64,000 nucleotides of DNA from a virus. The notes under the pieces are model-generated. The model worked only from the letters and a program-made list of their open reading frames with translations. It ran no database searches and was not told the DNA's origin. The stretch covers positions 1 through 64,000 of the IMG/VR virus record IMGVR_UViG_3300045988_161245, one strand, 5' to 3'. Positions 34,652-42,571 of the stretch are shown one piece after another (the first letter of the stretch is position 1; the number at the start of each line of letters is the position of its first letter). Both the position numbers and the translations under genes were made by a program.

Positions 34652-36253
34652 TTACGCTGTCTTATTTTCTTTATATGTCAAATATGAATTAAAATCTTCT
34701 TTCATATCATCGAGAAGTTTCTGTACATCATTCTCTGGTTTTGTACACTGGAAAGCGTAATCTTTAAACCAATTAAGAGCATCTGTATTTGTATCGTTGT
34801 CATATGTATATTTTACGAATCCTACCATTGCAGGAACGTATTTTGCCTTGAGAAGTGTAGTACCGGCTGGAAGCTCCAGACTCCATTCATTCACTTCATC
34901 AAGATACAGATCCACATCTTCAATATTATCTTCTGTATATTCATCAGCAGTGATAAATTCCTGAATTGCCTTATCAGAGAAATTTGTCTTTCCACATACT
35001 GCCATAAGTGTCTGTGCAGCAATACGATCAATATCACTTCCCATTGGAATACCAAGTGCTTCCATTAACTCTGTGTTCTCAAACTTTGTTGCAAATGCAT
35101 CAAATCTGTCTGTTGTCTCAAAAGATTCAACAATATCTTCCTTATTAATAGAAAAGAAATCCATCATAAGAGATTCAAGATACTCTAATTTGCCAAAGAT
35201 TGTATTTCTGTTCTTTGTAGATTTATTTCCCTTAATTTCATCGAAAGATTCTCCATTAATTTTGGTTTCTCTTAACCCACCAATAAATGCCTCTAAAAAC
35301 TCTTTAAACTTAGAATCATCCATTTCAAGTTTTGAGAATTTATCGAATAAAGCAATCCACATTGGCGCATCTTTTTTCTCAAAAAGTTTTGAAAGTTCAT
35401 CGTTGTCTTCAACTAATGCATACATTCTTCCAAGATAGTTATCGAGAAGATTAAACTGTTCTTTTTCACCATTTGTTTCCACATACAAAGCATTTTTCTC
35501 TGCATTACTTTTCCATTCATCTTTAAAAAAGATAATCATTACAGTATCAAGCATTACTCTCTCTGGATCACTGTTCTTTTCAGAAGCTCCATGATAACAC
35601 GGAAGCTCTTTAAAGAATGGATTGGAACTCATAATTTCTTTTGTCCATTTTGCAGTCTGTTCCATATATGTAACGGATTTCTGATTTTTATTCATACTCT
35701 TCTGATTGTTATATCTTCGAATATGATAACCCATTCTACTTTCTGTACAGTTTGAATGCTCTACATAAATTACTTTGTAATTATTAAATCTTTCCTTAAG
35801 CTCCATAGGAAGATCTTTATAACGTTTTCCACGAAGATCAAACTCTAACTCTTCCATAATTGGATAGCCATCTTCATCTTTAACTACATTTCCGTTTTCA
35901 TCCTTTTTTGCTGACTCGTATGGAACAATGTAATTTTCAAGATTTTTCCCAAGAGCAAACACATTATTATAGAAATTATTCCATGTTTCAAATCTGTTTC
36001 CACCATCTACAATCCACTTTTGAGATGGTTTGCCTTCTCGAATTTCTTCACAGATTTTTACTGGATCAATATCTTCACCTTGTACAGTTGTTACAATTGC
36101 CTGGTCACGAATCTGATTATTCCACTGAGTAGATTTTCTCTGCAGCCAAAAGTCTCTTCTAATTTCACCTCTATCCAACTTACCAAGAAGAGTCTTAAGA
36201 AATTTCTGATCTCTTACCATTTTTTCGTTTTTGTTTGGTCTGATACATAACAT
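34652..36253 (-). CDS. DUF262/ParB-like nuclease-domain protein (533 aa)
   Basis: N-terminal LQRKSTQW...IVTTVQGEDIDPV...WIVDGGNRFETW fits the DUF262 pattern (QR..vW ... DGqQR..T); no His-Me/DUF1524 motif seen at the C-terminus. Confidence 0.5.
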   Translation of the reverse strand: MLCIRPNKNEKMVRDQKFLKTLLGKLDRGEIRRDFWLQRKSTQWNNQIRDQAIVTTVQGEDIDPVKICEEIREGKPSQKWIVDGGNRFETWNNFYNNVFALGKNLENYIVPYESAKKDENGNVVKDEDGYPIMEELEFDLRGKRYKDLPMELKERFNNYKVIYVEHSNCTESRMGYHIRRYNNQKSMNKNQKSVTYMEQTAKWTKEIMSSNPFFKELPCYHGASEKNSDPERVMLDTVMIIFFKDEWKSNAEKNALYVETNGEKEQFNLLDNYLGRMYALVEDNDELSKLFEKKDAPMWIALFDKFSKLEMDDSKFKEFLEAFIGGLRETKINGESFDEIKGNKSTKNRNTIFGKLEYLESLMMDFFSINKEDIVESFETTDRFDAFATKFENTELMEALGIPMGSDIDRIAAQTLMAVCGKTNFSDKAIQEFITADEYTEDNIEDVDLYLDEVNEWSLELPAGTTLLKAKYVPAMVGFVKYTYDNDTNTDALNWFKDYAFQCTKPENDVQKLLDDMKEDFNSYLTYKENKTA

Positions 36254-36255
36254 AA

Positions 36256-36945
36256 TTAGTCTTCCTCCAATGCTAATCTAAATTCTGAAGTTCTCATATC
36301 GGTTACATAATCAAAATACTGTTTGTTAGTAAGTTGCAATCTCTCTTGAATCTCATTTGGTTTATAACCATCAATCATCAGAGAAACTATTTTCTTTTGT
36401 GTTTTATTGAGTTTGTTAATACATGCTTCTAATTTTGATGCTTTTTTATTCGAAAAAATAATGTCTTCAACATCTTTTTCACATTGAATTGTGTCTGCAT
36501 ATGTAATATCTGAATCAGAGTCTATTTTGTCATAGATACTGACAGTTTTTACTCTCACGCTTTTTTTGACTTTTTCGCCATTTTCATCACGTTTTTCAGG
36601 GTCCCAATTTCCGTCACCACCACGCTTAAGAGAATTAATTCCATAAATATAGCTGATAAATTTCTTTTGCATATACGGATAAACATATGCTCTAAACGGT
36701 CCTGTAGTTGGATCATAAGACTCCAGGCAAAATGTGATAATATATCCTGCTAAAGATTCAAAATCATCTCTGTAATAATCTGGAATATCATTCCAAATTA
36801 TATGAAGTATCTGGTTGCAAAGTTTTTTAAGCTCCTTTCCTTTGTCTTTGTAGAAAAAGTCAACTATGTTATTGACCTCATCTTCTGTAAGTTTCTCATT
36901 CTTACTCCATTTCTCTGATCCCATAATTTTCATTCTGCCACTCAA
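36256..36945 (-). CDS. sigma-70 family-like transcription factor (TTG start; 5' end uncertain)
   Basis: Region-2-like FESLAGYIITFCLESYDP..GPFRAYVYPYMQKKF and region-4-like LNKTQKKIVSLMIDGYKPNEIQERLQLT; the frame stays open upstream to 37098. Confidence 0.5.
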   Translation of the reverse strand: MSGRMKIMGSEKWSKNEKLTEDEVNNIVDFFYKDKGKELKKLCNQILHIIWNDIPDYYRDDFESLAGYIITFCLESYDPTTGPFRAYVYPYMQKKFISYIYGINSLKRGGDGNWDPEKRDENGEKVKKSVRVKTVSIYDKIDSDSDITYADTIQCEKDVEDIIFSNKKASKLEACINKLNKTQKKIVSLMIDGYKPNEIQERLQLTNKQYFDYVTDMRTSEFRLALEED

Positions 36946-37114
36946 AATATGAACAAAATATCCATATCGAGAATTGAAATCCTCACGGATATTTCTTACT
37001 GCTTCATTGTATATGCTTTCATGGTTATTTAACTCACTACTCGCAGATCCTTGTATACTCCACAGTCGTAAATTCCCGACTAAGCCATCGGTACATACTT
37101 ACTTTTGCTTTTAT

Positions 37115-38287
37115 TTATGCAATTTCGTAAGCTATCGCATCTCTTAAATTAAGTGCTGCATTATAATCTCTATCAGCATAATATCCACATTCGCAAATAT
37201 ATTCTCTGTCAGAAAGTTTTAAATCTTTCTTAATACATCCACATTCGTGACATAATTTGCTTGATGGAAACCACCGATCCACAATTCTTAATTCGATTCC
37301 TAATTCTTTGCATTTTTCAATAAGCTTTAATCTGAACTCATAAAACTTCTGTGATGCAACTGCTTTAGAGAGATGTTTATTCTTCATCATTCCTTTTATA
37401 TTAAGATCTTCAATAGTTATATAAGATGGTTTGGTTTTCACTATCTCTGTTATTGTTTTATTAATATAATCGGTTCGAATATTAGTTATTCTTTGATAAA
37501 TTTTCTGTACCTTTAAAACTTGTTTTTGAATATTCTGTTTAGTAGCTGCTCCTTTATTGTTTTTGTTTCGTTGTTTATAACTTTCGTATTTTCTCGAAAG
37601 ACAACGTTGTTCTCTTTTTAATTTCTTTTTTAGCTTTTTAAATTTTTTTGTTTTATTAATATTTTTCTTTACAGTACCATCGCTTATTACTGCAAATTCC
37701 TTTATACCTAGATCAATTCCTAAACCAAAATCATTTAAAATAGCTTTATCTTGTTCTGGAACATCAACTAAAACAGAAATATAATATCTTTCTGCTTTCA
37801 TAGATATAGTTCCACTTTTAATTACTAATCCTGATTTAGTTGTTGGAATATAACCATTTTCTTTAAGCCTGACCCAACCTAATGTAGGAACTTTTATACG
37901 ATGCCTTTCACACCATATAACCGACTTACTATCGGTTTTTACAAAATACATTTTTACATCAGATTTGTTTTTCTTTTTAAATTTGGGGAATTTACTTTGA
38001 TTTTTGAAGAATCGTTTAAAAGATTTGTCTGCATTCATTATGCTTTGCTTGACAGATTTGGAGCTTACTTCTTTTATCCATAGATAATTAGGATTTTCTT
38101 TTAGGAATACATTATTTAACCATTTAGAAAAATCCATTCCTGAAACAAATATTTTTTCTTTTTTATACATCTCTATATTATGTGCAATATAGAAATTATA
38201 AATGTATCTACATGTCCCAATAGTTTTATTTATTATTTGTTTCTGCTCCAATGTCGGATTTATCTCCGTTTTGAAGCTTTTTAGCAT
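37115..38287 (-). CDS. tnpB: TnpB (RNA-guided endonuclease, IS607-associated type)
   Basis: KTEINPTLEQKQ N-terminus; [24 protein letters not shown]...CECG zinc finger, ADRDYNAALNL; GGAGG upstream of ATG 38287. Confidence 0.9.
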   Translation of the reverse strand: MLKSFKTEINPTLEQKQIINKTIGTCRYIYNFYIAHNIEMYKKEKIFVSGMDFSKWLNNVFLKENPNYLWIKEVSSKSVKQSIMNADKSFKRFFKNQSKFPKFKKKNKSDVKMYFVKTDSKSVIWCERHRIKVPTLGWVRLKENGYIPTTKSGLVIKSGTISMKAERYYISVLVDVPEQDKAILNDFGLGIDLGIKEFAVISDGTVKKNINKTKKFKKLKKKLKREQRCLSRKYESYKQRNKNNKGAATKQNIQKQVLKVQKIYQRITNIRTDYINKTITEIVKTKPSYITIEDLNIKGMMKNKHLSKAVASQKFYEFRLKLIEKCKELGIELRIVDRWFPSSKLCHECGCIKKDLKLSDREYICECGYYADRDYNAALNLRDAIAYEIA

Positions 38288-38480
38288 TCACGTCCTCCTT
38301 ATTTTGATTTACACCTTTAAATTGCAAATAATGTTCATAAGTATAATATCTTCTATTAGTAGGAGTACGATTTGCTATTAAGATTCCTGCTCTATCCCAA
38401 CGCTGCAATGTTTTTACAGATACATTTAACAATTCAGCAAATTCTCTTGGTTTATAGTTAGTGATATTTTTTGTGTTCAT
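38226..38480 (-). CDS. MerR/excisionase-type HTH protein (truncated IS607 TnpA N-terminal domain or Xis-like)
   Basis: YKPREFAELLNVSVKTLQRWDRAGIL HTH; 84 aa; AAGGAGG upstream; overlaps the tnpB start by 62 nt. Confidence 0.6.
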   Translation of the reverse strand: MNTKNITNYKPREFAELLNVSVKTLQRWDRAGILIANRTPTNRRYYTYEHYLQFKGVNQNKEDVNAKKLQNGDKSDIGAETNNK

Positions 38481-38503
38481 AATATCGTCCTCCTTATGAA
38501 CAC

Positions 38504-38532
38504 ATTATAACACTTTTGTACACATTTATCTA
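38504..38532 (-). promoter_or_regulatory. promoter with extended -10 (TGTTATAAT) for the HTH-tnpB unit
   Basis: TGTTATAAT read on the minus strand at 38512-38504; weak -35. Confidence 0.4.
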
Positions 38533-38719
38533 CATTTTTTTCATTCTCCCTTTACATTTGAATTTTGCGTATACTAAATACACTATTCGCTTCTAAAAAG
38601 AGAATGAAATTATTCTTAAAAAGATAACAATTCCATTTTTAGCAAATAGCATATTTAATATACAGTTATACTCACGGAATTTCTCTTACAGAATGGCAAG
38701 AGATTAGAATTGGAAAATA

Positions 38720-38748
38720 TTGACATTTCCATTGAATTGCTACATAAT
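38720..38748 (+). promoter_or_regulatory. promoter TTGACA-17 nt-CATAAT
   Basis: Consensus -35 at 38720-38725 and -10 at 38743-38748; no ORF with an RBS follows before the terminator. Confidence 0.5.
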
Positions 38749-38774
38749 ATGTATGTATCCATCCGTGGGTACAG

Positions 38775-38830
38775 AAAACCCTGTCCTATCAGCTGACGGT
38801 CGCCAAACTTTCTGCTGGTAGGGCATTTTT
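38775..38830. terminator. bidirectional rho-independent terminator
   Basis: CCCT(bulge)ATCAGC ... GCTGGTAGGG stem flanked by AAAA on the left and ATTTTT on the right, giving a U-run on either strand. Confidence 0.45.
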
Positions 38831-38859
38831 CTTTATAAGATCAATGTCGATTAAAAATC

Positions 38860-38873
38860 AGAACATTTGTTCT
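38860..38873. promoter_or_regulatory. LexA (Cheo) box-like palindrome AGAACATTTGTTCT
   Basis: GAAC-N4-GTTC core, just downstream of the minus-strand TGGTATAAT box. Confidence 0.55.
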
Positions 38874-38885
38874 TTTATGTATTTG

Positions 38886-38894
38886 ATTATACCA
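38886..38894 (-). promoter_or_regulatory. extended -10 promoter element TGGTATAAT
   Basis: Read directly on the minus strand; flanked by the two LexA-box-like palindromes. Confidence 0.5.
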
Positions 38895-38916
38895 CTTTAT
38901 CGTACCAATAAAAAGG

Positions 38917-38922
38917 TATAAT
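38917..38922 (+). promoter_or_regulatory. possible divergent -10 box TATAAT
   Basis: Mirror image of the 38886-38894 box; the LexA box begins 11 nt downstream; poor -35. Confidence 0.3.
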
Positions 38923-38932
38923 TTAACATTTT

Positions 38933-38946
38933 CGAACTTTTGTTCG
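38933..38946. promoter_or_regulatory. LexA (Cheo) box CGAACTTTTGTTCG
   Basis: Full match to the Gram-positive SOS-box core CGAAC-N4-GTTCG; followed by a direct repeat TTGTTCGAT x2. Confidence 0.65.
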
Positions 38947-38958
38947 ATTTTTGTTCGA

Positions 38959-39219
38959 TCAGAATAGAATAACAATAGAGCTACATGGAGAAAATTTGAA
39001 TTTCCCTTTGATTCCATGTAGCTCTATCTTCCTGATATATTCAGAATCGCTATAAGTAATAGTCTTTGCATTCTGAATATTTTTCTCCACCCTCCTCTTG
39101 CCAATTTTTTTAGATTTTGAAGATATACCTTTTTTCTTGTTATAGTACATTGCACAAACTTTACTTCCTACAATCCCTTTTATAAGTTCCATTGCCTCCA
39201 CCTTATTTAATTCGCACAT
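38959..39219 (-). CDS. very basic 86-aa ORF downstream of the toxin gene (doubtful)
   Basis: ORF track; overlaps mazF by 13 nt, but its last ~22 codons are encoded by the terminator hairpin. Confidence 0.3.
   Translation of the reverse strand: MCELNKVEAMELIKGIVGSKVCAMYYNKKKGISSKSKKIGKRRVEKNIQNAKTITYSDSEYIRKIELHGIKGKFKFSPCSSIVILF
38976..39026 (-). terminator. terminator hairpin of the toxin unit
   Basis: Perfect 14-bp inverted repeat TAGAGCTACATGGA/TCCATGTAGCTCTA with a 23-nt loop, followed by a T-rich tract on the minus strand. Confidence 0.55.
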
Positions 39220-39647
39220 ACAGTCCCCTCCTTAACAAGTTTACAGAAAAGCTGTGTAATCTTGGTCCATAATGGATTTCCATATCTACTTTTTCCAGTA
39301 AGATTAGCCATATATGTTCCAATAATTCCATCTTTATCTGCGGTATTATCTACTACACCAATTTTCTGTTTAATACGCTGCTTTGAGATCTGTGTAATAG
39401 TCTCCCCTAATACCATTGAATCAAATCGTAATCCATTCGCATTATTCTTCCTAATTATGTAATGGGTTGGCTGATTTGCTTTCTTAAGTTCCTTTGTAAG
39501 CGCCATTACAAGAACAGTTGGACTGTGAATGTTGCCGGTATCATTTTGAATGATTATCACAGGTCGTATACCTTTCTGCTCAGATCCTATGGTTCCTTTA
39601 CTAGAAAGATCAGCGTAAACAATATCAAACTGTTTGTATTCGTCCAC
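39207..39647 (-). CDS. mazF: MazF/EndoA (PemK family) endoribonuclease toxin with C-terminal extension
   Basis: FDIVYADLS..GSEQKGIRPVIIIQNDTGNIHSPTVLVMALT...QPTHYII...DSMVLGETITQISKQR parallels B. subtilis EndoA; GTG start. Confidence 0.85.
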   Translation of the reverse strand: MDEYKQFDIVYADLSSKGTIGSEQKGIRPVIIIQNDTGNIHSPTVLVMALTKELKKANQPTHYIIRKNNANGLRFDSMVLGETITQISKQRIKQKIGVVDNTADKDGIIGTYMANLTGKSRYGNPLWTKITQLFCKLVKEGTVCAN

Positions 39648-39672
39648 TACTTCTCACTTCCTTTCGTTTTTA

Positions 39673-39704
39673 GTATAAAAAAGACACCACATAATGTGAT
39701 GTCT
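39673..39704 (-). terminator. rho-independent terminator upstream of the toxin unit
   Basis: 10-bp stem AGACAUCACA/UGUGGUGUCU followed by UUUUUUAUA on the minus strand. Confidence 0.65.
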
Positions 39705-39723
39705 AAGTATAATCATTATATTT

Positions 39724-40050
39724 TCATTCTGTTTCTGCAATATCATAATCAGATCCTGCAACAAACTCTCCATCTTCATCTGAATCAAAATACTCTAATG
39801 CATATTCTTCAATATCATACATTCCATTCGATTCTTGATAACTGCATTTGTATTTTTTCAATGCATCTAAAGCCTTTTCTTTCTCATCTTCATTCCATCG
39901 AGAAATCTCTTCTGCATCAGAATCATTTCCCCATATTGTATCACCAGGCTCAAAATTTTTATATTCCCTTGTCGTAAGGAATGCCGTTCCTTTTAACAAC
40001 CTAATTGTATTATAGTAACTCATAATTTCCTCTCCTTTATCAAGTCTCAT
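39724..40050 (-). CDS. acidic hypothetical protein (108 aa)
   Basis: ORF track; ATGA overlap with the upstream gene. Confidence 0.6.
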   Translation of the reverse strand: MRLDKGEEIMSYYNTIRLLKGTAFLTTREYKNFEPGDTIWGNDSDAEEISRWNEDEKEKALDALKKYKCSYQESNGMYDIEEYALEYFDSDEDGEFVAGSDYDIAETE

Positions 40051-40292
40051 CCAATCGGTGGTTTATCCAGCATGTGCCATTCCCAATCAATTGGAATTAC
40101 TTCATCTGCCGTTTCCATTACTGCACAATCCTTATCACAACCATCTTGTACACAAGAACAAGCCATTTTTGTCTTCTTCATTTCACCAGGATAACCGTCA
40201 TACTGAACCAACCATAGTCCTCTATAATGCATTCGCTTGCAAAGTCCATATTCATATTCATATTTTGTTTGCCTTATTGGTGGCTCTTCCAT
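40047..40292 (-). CDS. Cys-rich hypothetical protein (81 aa)
   Basis: ORF track; packed array. Confidence 0.55.
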   Translation of the reverse strand: MEEPPIRQTKYEYEYGLCKRMHYRGLWLVQYDGYPGEMKKTKMACSCVQDGCDKDCAVMETADEVIPIDWEWHMLDKPPIG

Positions 40293-40313
40293 AGCGTTAT
40301 CTCCTTTGCTCTG

Positions 40314-40910
40314 TTAAAATAGTATTCTGTCTTTTTTATCAGAATACAGGTGATATTCAGGTTCATTATATATAAATGGGTCGCCATATTCATTATAAGA
40401 CACTAACGTTGCAAACCTAAATTTACTTTCATCTGGTGAGTATTTACGTTCCCAATCTATGGTTTCTACCTGTTCTTTAAATACCATTTTTTTATATAAT
40501 TCACTTTTAAGGGCAGCCATTATAAATTCATCATTGAAAATCACATTATTATTATGTTTATCCAAATATGTAAAATTCTTTTTTATTACAATAGGATGAA
40601 ACACATCATATATTATTTCATACACTTGATAAACAAATATATTATTTAGTGTATTTTTATAAAAATTTTCATATTCCTCAAATGTTCTGACAGGTTTTCC
40701 ACTCATGCACCACTTATGAAATTCATTAAATACTTTGTGAGCTTCACATTTCATTTTAAAAAGATAAATTTCATATTTATCTTCTGCCGGCAAAAGCCCA
40801 TCAACGACTGCTAATAAAATATTTTCTTTATCTTTCTCGGTTAACTTGTTCTTTTCAACTATGCATTTATCGTATATAGTCATCAGCTGTTCTAAGTATT
40901 CTGCTTTCAC
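40314..40910 (-). CDS. hypothetical protein (198 aa)
   Basis: ORF track. Confidence 0.6.
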   Translation of the reverse strand: MKAEYLEQLMTIYDKCIVEKNKLTEKDKENILLAVVDGLLPAEDKYEIYLFKMKCEAHKVFNEFHKWCMSGKPVRTFEEYENFYKNTLNNIFVYQVYEIIYDVFHPIVIKKNFTYLDKHNNNVIFNDEFIMAALKSELYKKMVFKEQVETIDWERKYSPDESKFRFATLVSYNEYGDPFIYNEPEYHLYSDKKDRILF

Positions 40911-40978
40911 GAACTAATACCTCCGATTAAATATCTGTTTTATTAATCAATCTGCATCAATAATTTCTACCGTAGTTC

Positions 40979-41209
40979 TTAATATTTGCGATTTTTCTTG
41001 ATAATTCTAAAAAACAATGTATATATTTCTCCGTCCTCATCTTCTACTGAAATTTTTCGGTTTCTTAAAATTTCAGAAATGTTTCCAACGCCATTCCAAA
41101 TTTTACCAATAGGATATGTGTCTCCAATATGCATATCATGCCCTAACTGAATGCAATATGCATATTCTGCTAATATGCCAGATGTGTATTCATCATATAA
41201 TGTTCTCAT
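40979..41209 (-). CDS. hypothetical protein (76 aa)
   Basis: Start moved to ATG 41209 with GGAGG 6 nt upstream; the track start overlaps the upstream gene by 134 nt. Confidence 0.55.
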   Translation of the reverse strand: MRTLYDEYTSGILAEYAYCIQLGHDMHIGDTYPIGKIWNGVGNISEILRNRKISVEDEDGEIYTLFFRIIKKNRKY

Positions 41210-41222
41210 ATGTCGCCTCCGT

Positions 41223-41447
41223 TCAAAATATATATGTCGCAACCCATCTCTTCGCACTTGCAAGAGATTTACATTCCGCCAATTTTGTATTACAGTTCTT
41301 TCCACTGTATACTCCAAACTTCTCACCTTCATCGTCGATCCAAACGAATCTTCCATAATCCGGATGATTTATTTCAGCAGCCCATTGAGTTGGATTTCCG
41401 TTGTCATCGTCACACTCGTGAACTATGTTCCATTTTAATCTTGCCAT
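41223..41447 (-). CDS. hypothetical protein (74 aa)
   Basis: ORF track; packed array. Confidence 0.55.
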   Translation of the reverse strand: MARLKWNIVHECDDDNGNPTQWAAEINHPDYGRFVWIDDEGEKFGVYSGKNCNTKLAECKSLASAKRWVATYIF

Positions 41448-41478
41448 CTTATATCTCCCTTCAAATCGTCATTTTATA

Positions 41479-41658
41479 TTATAATTTTTCCACAGAGTCT
41501 CCACTAACTTCATCTAGCCATTTAAGCCAATCTTCATAATTACTTGGATATTTCTCTGGATTTATATTTATGTCATTTAATAGATAAGCCATTTGCTCTG
41601 TTTTAAATTCCCTTATAGCTTGAGATTTTGTATTGATTCTTCCATATTCGTCTATCAT
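41479..41658 (-). CDS. hypothetical protein (59 aa, below ORF-track cutoff)
   Basis: Hand-translated MIDEYGRINTKSQAIREF...; AGGAG 8 nt upstream. Confidence 0.5.
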   Translation of the reverse strand: MIDEYGRINTKSQAIREFKTEQMAYLLNDININPEKYPSNYEDWLKWLDEVSGDSVEKL

Positions 41659-41669
41659 TTTATATCTCC

Positions 41670-41921
41670 TTAAAACATATCAATTACCACATGATACGGA
41701 TCAATGGTCTCAGCAGTAATCCAAAAGTTCCCTTCTGGCTGTATTAACTCATTACAATTTTGGTTATACAATTGAAAGTTGTCGCTAAGAAAATGTACCG
41801 GTATAACCAATGTTCCTGCAGAAACCATTGTGATTGACTTTTCTGTAAGTTTATATTTGTGCTGTCTTTTGCTTCCAATTCGTTCTACAACGACACCAGC
41901 CCTATTTGACTTTAAATACAT
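41670..41921 (-). CDS. hypothetical protein (83 aa)
   Basis: ORF track. Confidence 0.55.
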   Translation of the reverse strand: MYLKSNRAGVVVERIGSKRQHKYKLTEKSITMVSAGTLVIPVHFLSDNFQLYNQNCNELIQPEGNFWITAETIDPYHVVIDMF

Positions 41922-41939
41922 TTTCTACCTCCATAGAAG

Positions 41940-42545
41940 TTATAAAATACTATCTTGTATATACTTTTGATTTTCATTTGCATTAATTAATTTGCCAGCA
42001 ATATTTGTTTTCTTTATATTTTCTTTTACATTTTCCATATATTCATAAACATAATCTTGTGCTAAACTTATTTTATCTTCAGACACGCCATAATTAACAC
42101 AAAATCTAGTACCAAAGTCATCTATACCTATTTCTGAAAAATCTTTATTTCCACCATCGCTTACTTCTGTATGCTCAAATAACTGTTCAAATAATATTTT
42201 TTTCAAATATCTATTAACAGGATCAATAAAATAATATGAATCAATAATATGGCTTCCTTCTAACTTAAACCACTCTCTATATTTACTTTCTTTTATAAGA
42301 CCGTTAATATAATTTTTATTAAAATATTGCTCGAATTTTTGAATACAATGTATCATTCTGTTTTCTACAATACTTTTTTTTAGTTCAATTTTTTCATCAT
42401 TATTTAAATTTTCATACTTCAGTTTTATAATCGACCAAATCAAATATTCTAAATCATTAAAAGAAATCTCTTCGTTATTATCTAATTTAAAAAACAAATC
42501 CCAAAATTCATAATTATTTTTCAATTTTAATAATTCCGATTCCAT
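41940..42545 (-). CDS. hypothetical protein (201 aa)
   Basis: Start moved to ATG 42545 (MESELL...) with GAGG 7 nt upstream. Confidence 0.55.
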   Translation of the reverse strand: MESELLKLKNNYEFWDLFFKLDNNEEISFNDLEYLIWSIIKLKYENLNNDEKIELKKSIVENRMIHCIQKFEQYFNKNYINGLIKESKYREWFKLEGSHIIDSYYFIDPVNRYLKKILFEQLFEHTEVSDGGNKDFSEIGIDDFGTRFCVNYGVSEDKISLAQDYVYEYMENVKENIKKTNIAGKLINANENQKYIQDSIL

Positions 42546-42571
42546 ATTTCTACCTCTGTAAAAGTTAAATT

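Larger units (their letters stand above)
37025..38532 (-). mobile_element. IS607-like element remnant: MerR-type HTH fragment of tnpA plus intact tnpB (boundaries approximate)
   Basis: Gene order HTH-tnpB with overlap; no serine-recombinase catalytic domain present. Confidence 0.5.

Noticed and set aside
38959-39219. Calling the 86-aa ORF downstream of mazF an antitoxin
   Set aside because: It is extremely basic, whereas antitoxins are usually acidic. It has no recognisable DNA-binding or MazE-like motif, and its 3' end coincides with the terminator hairpin. It is kept only as a doubtful CDS.
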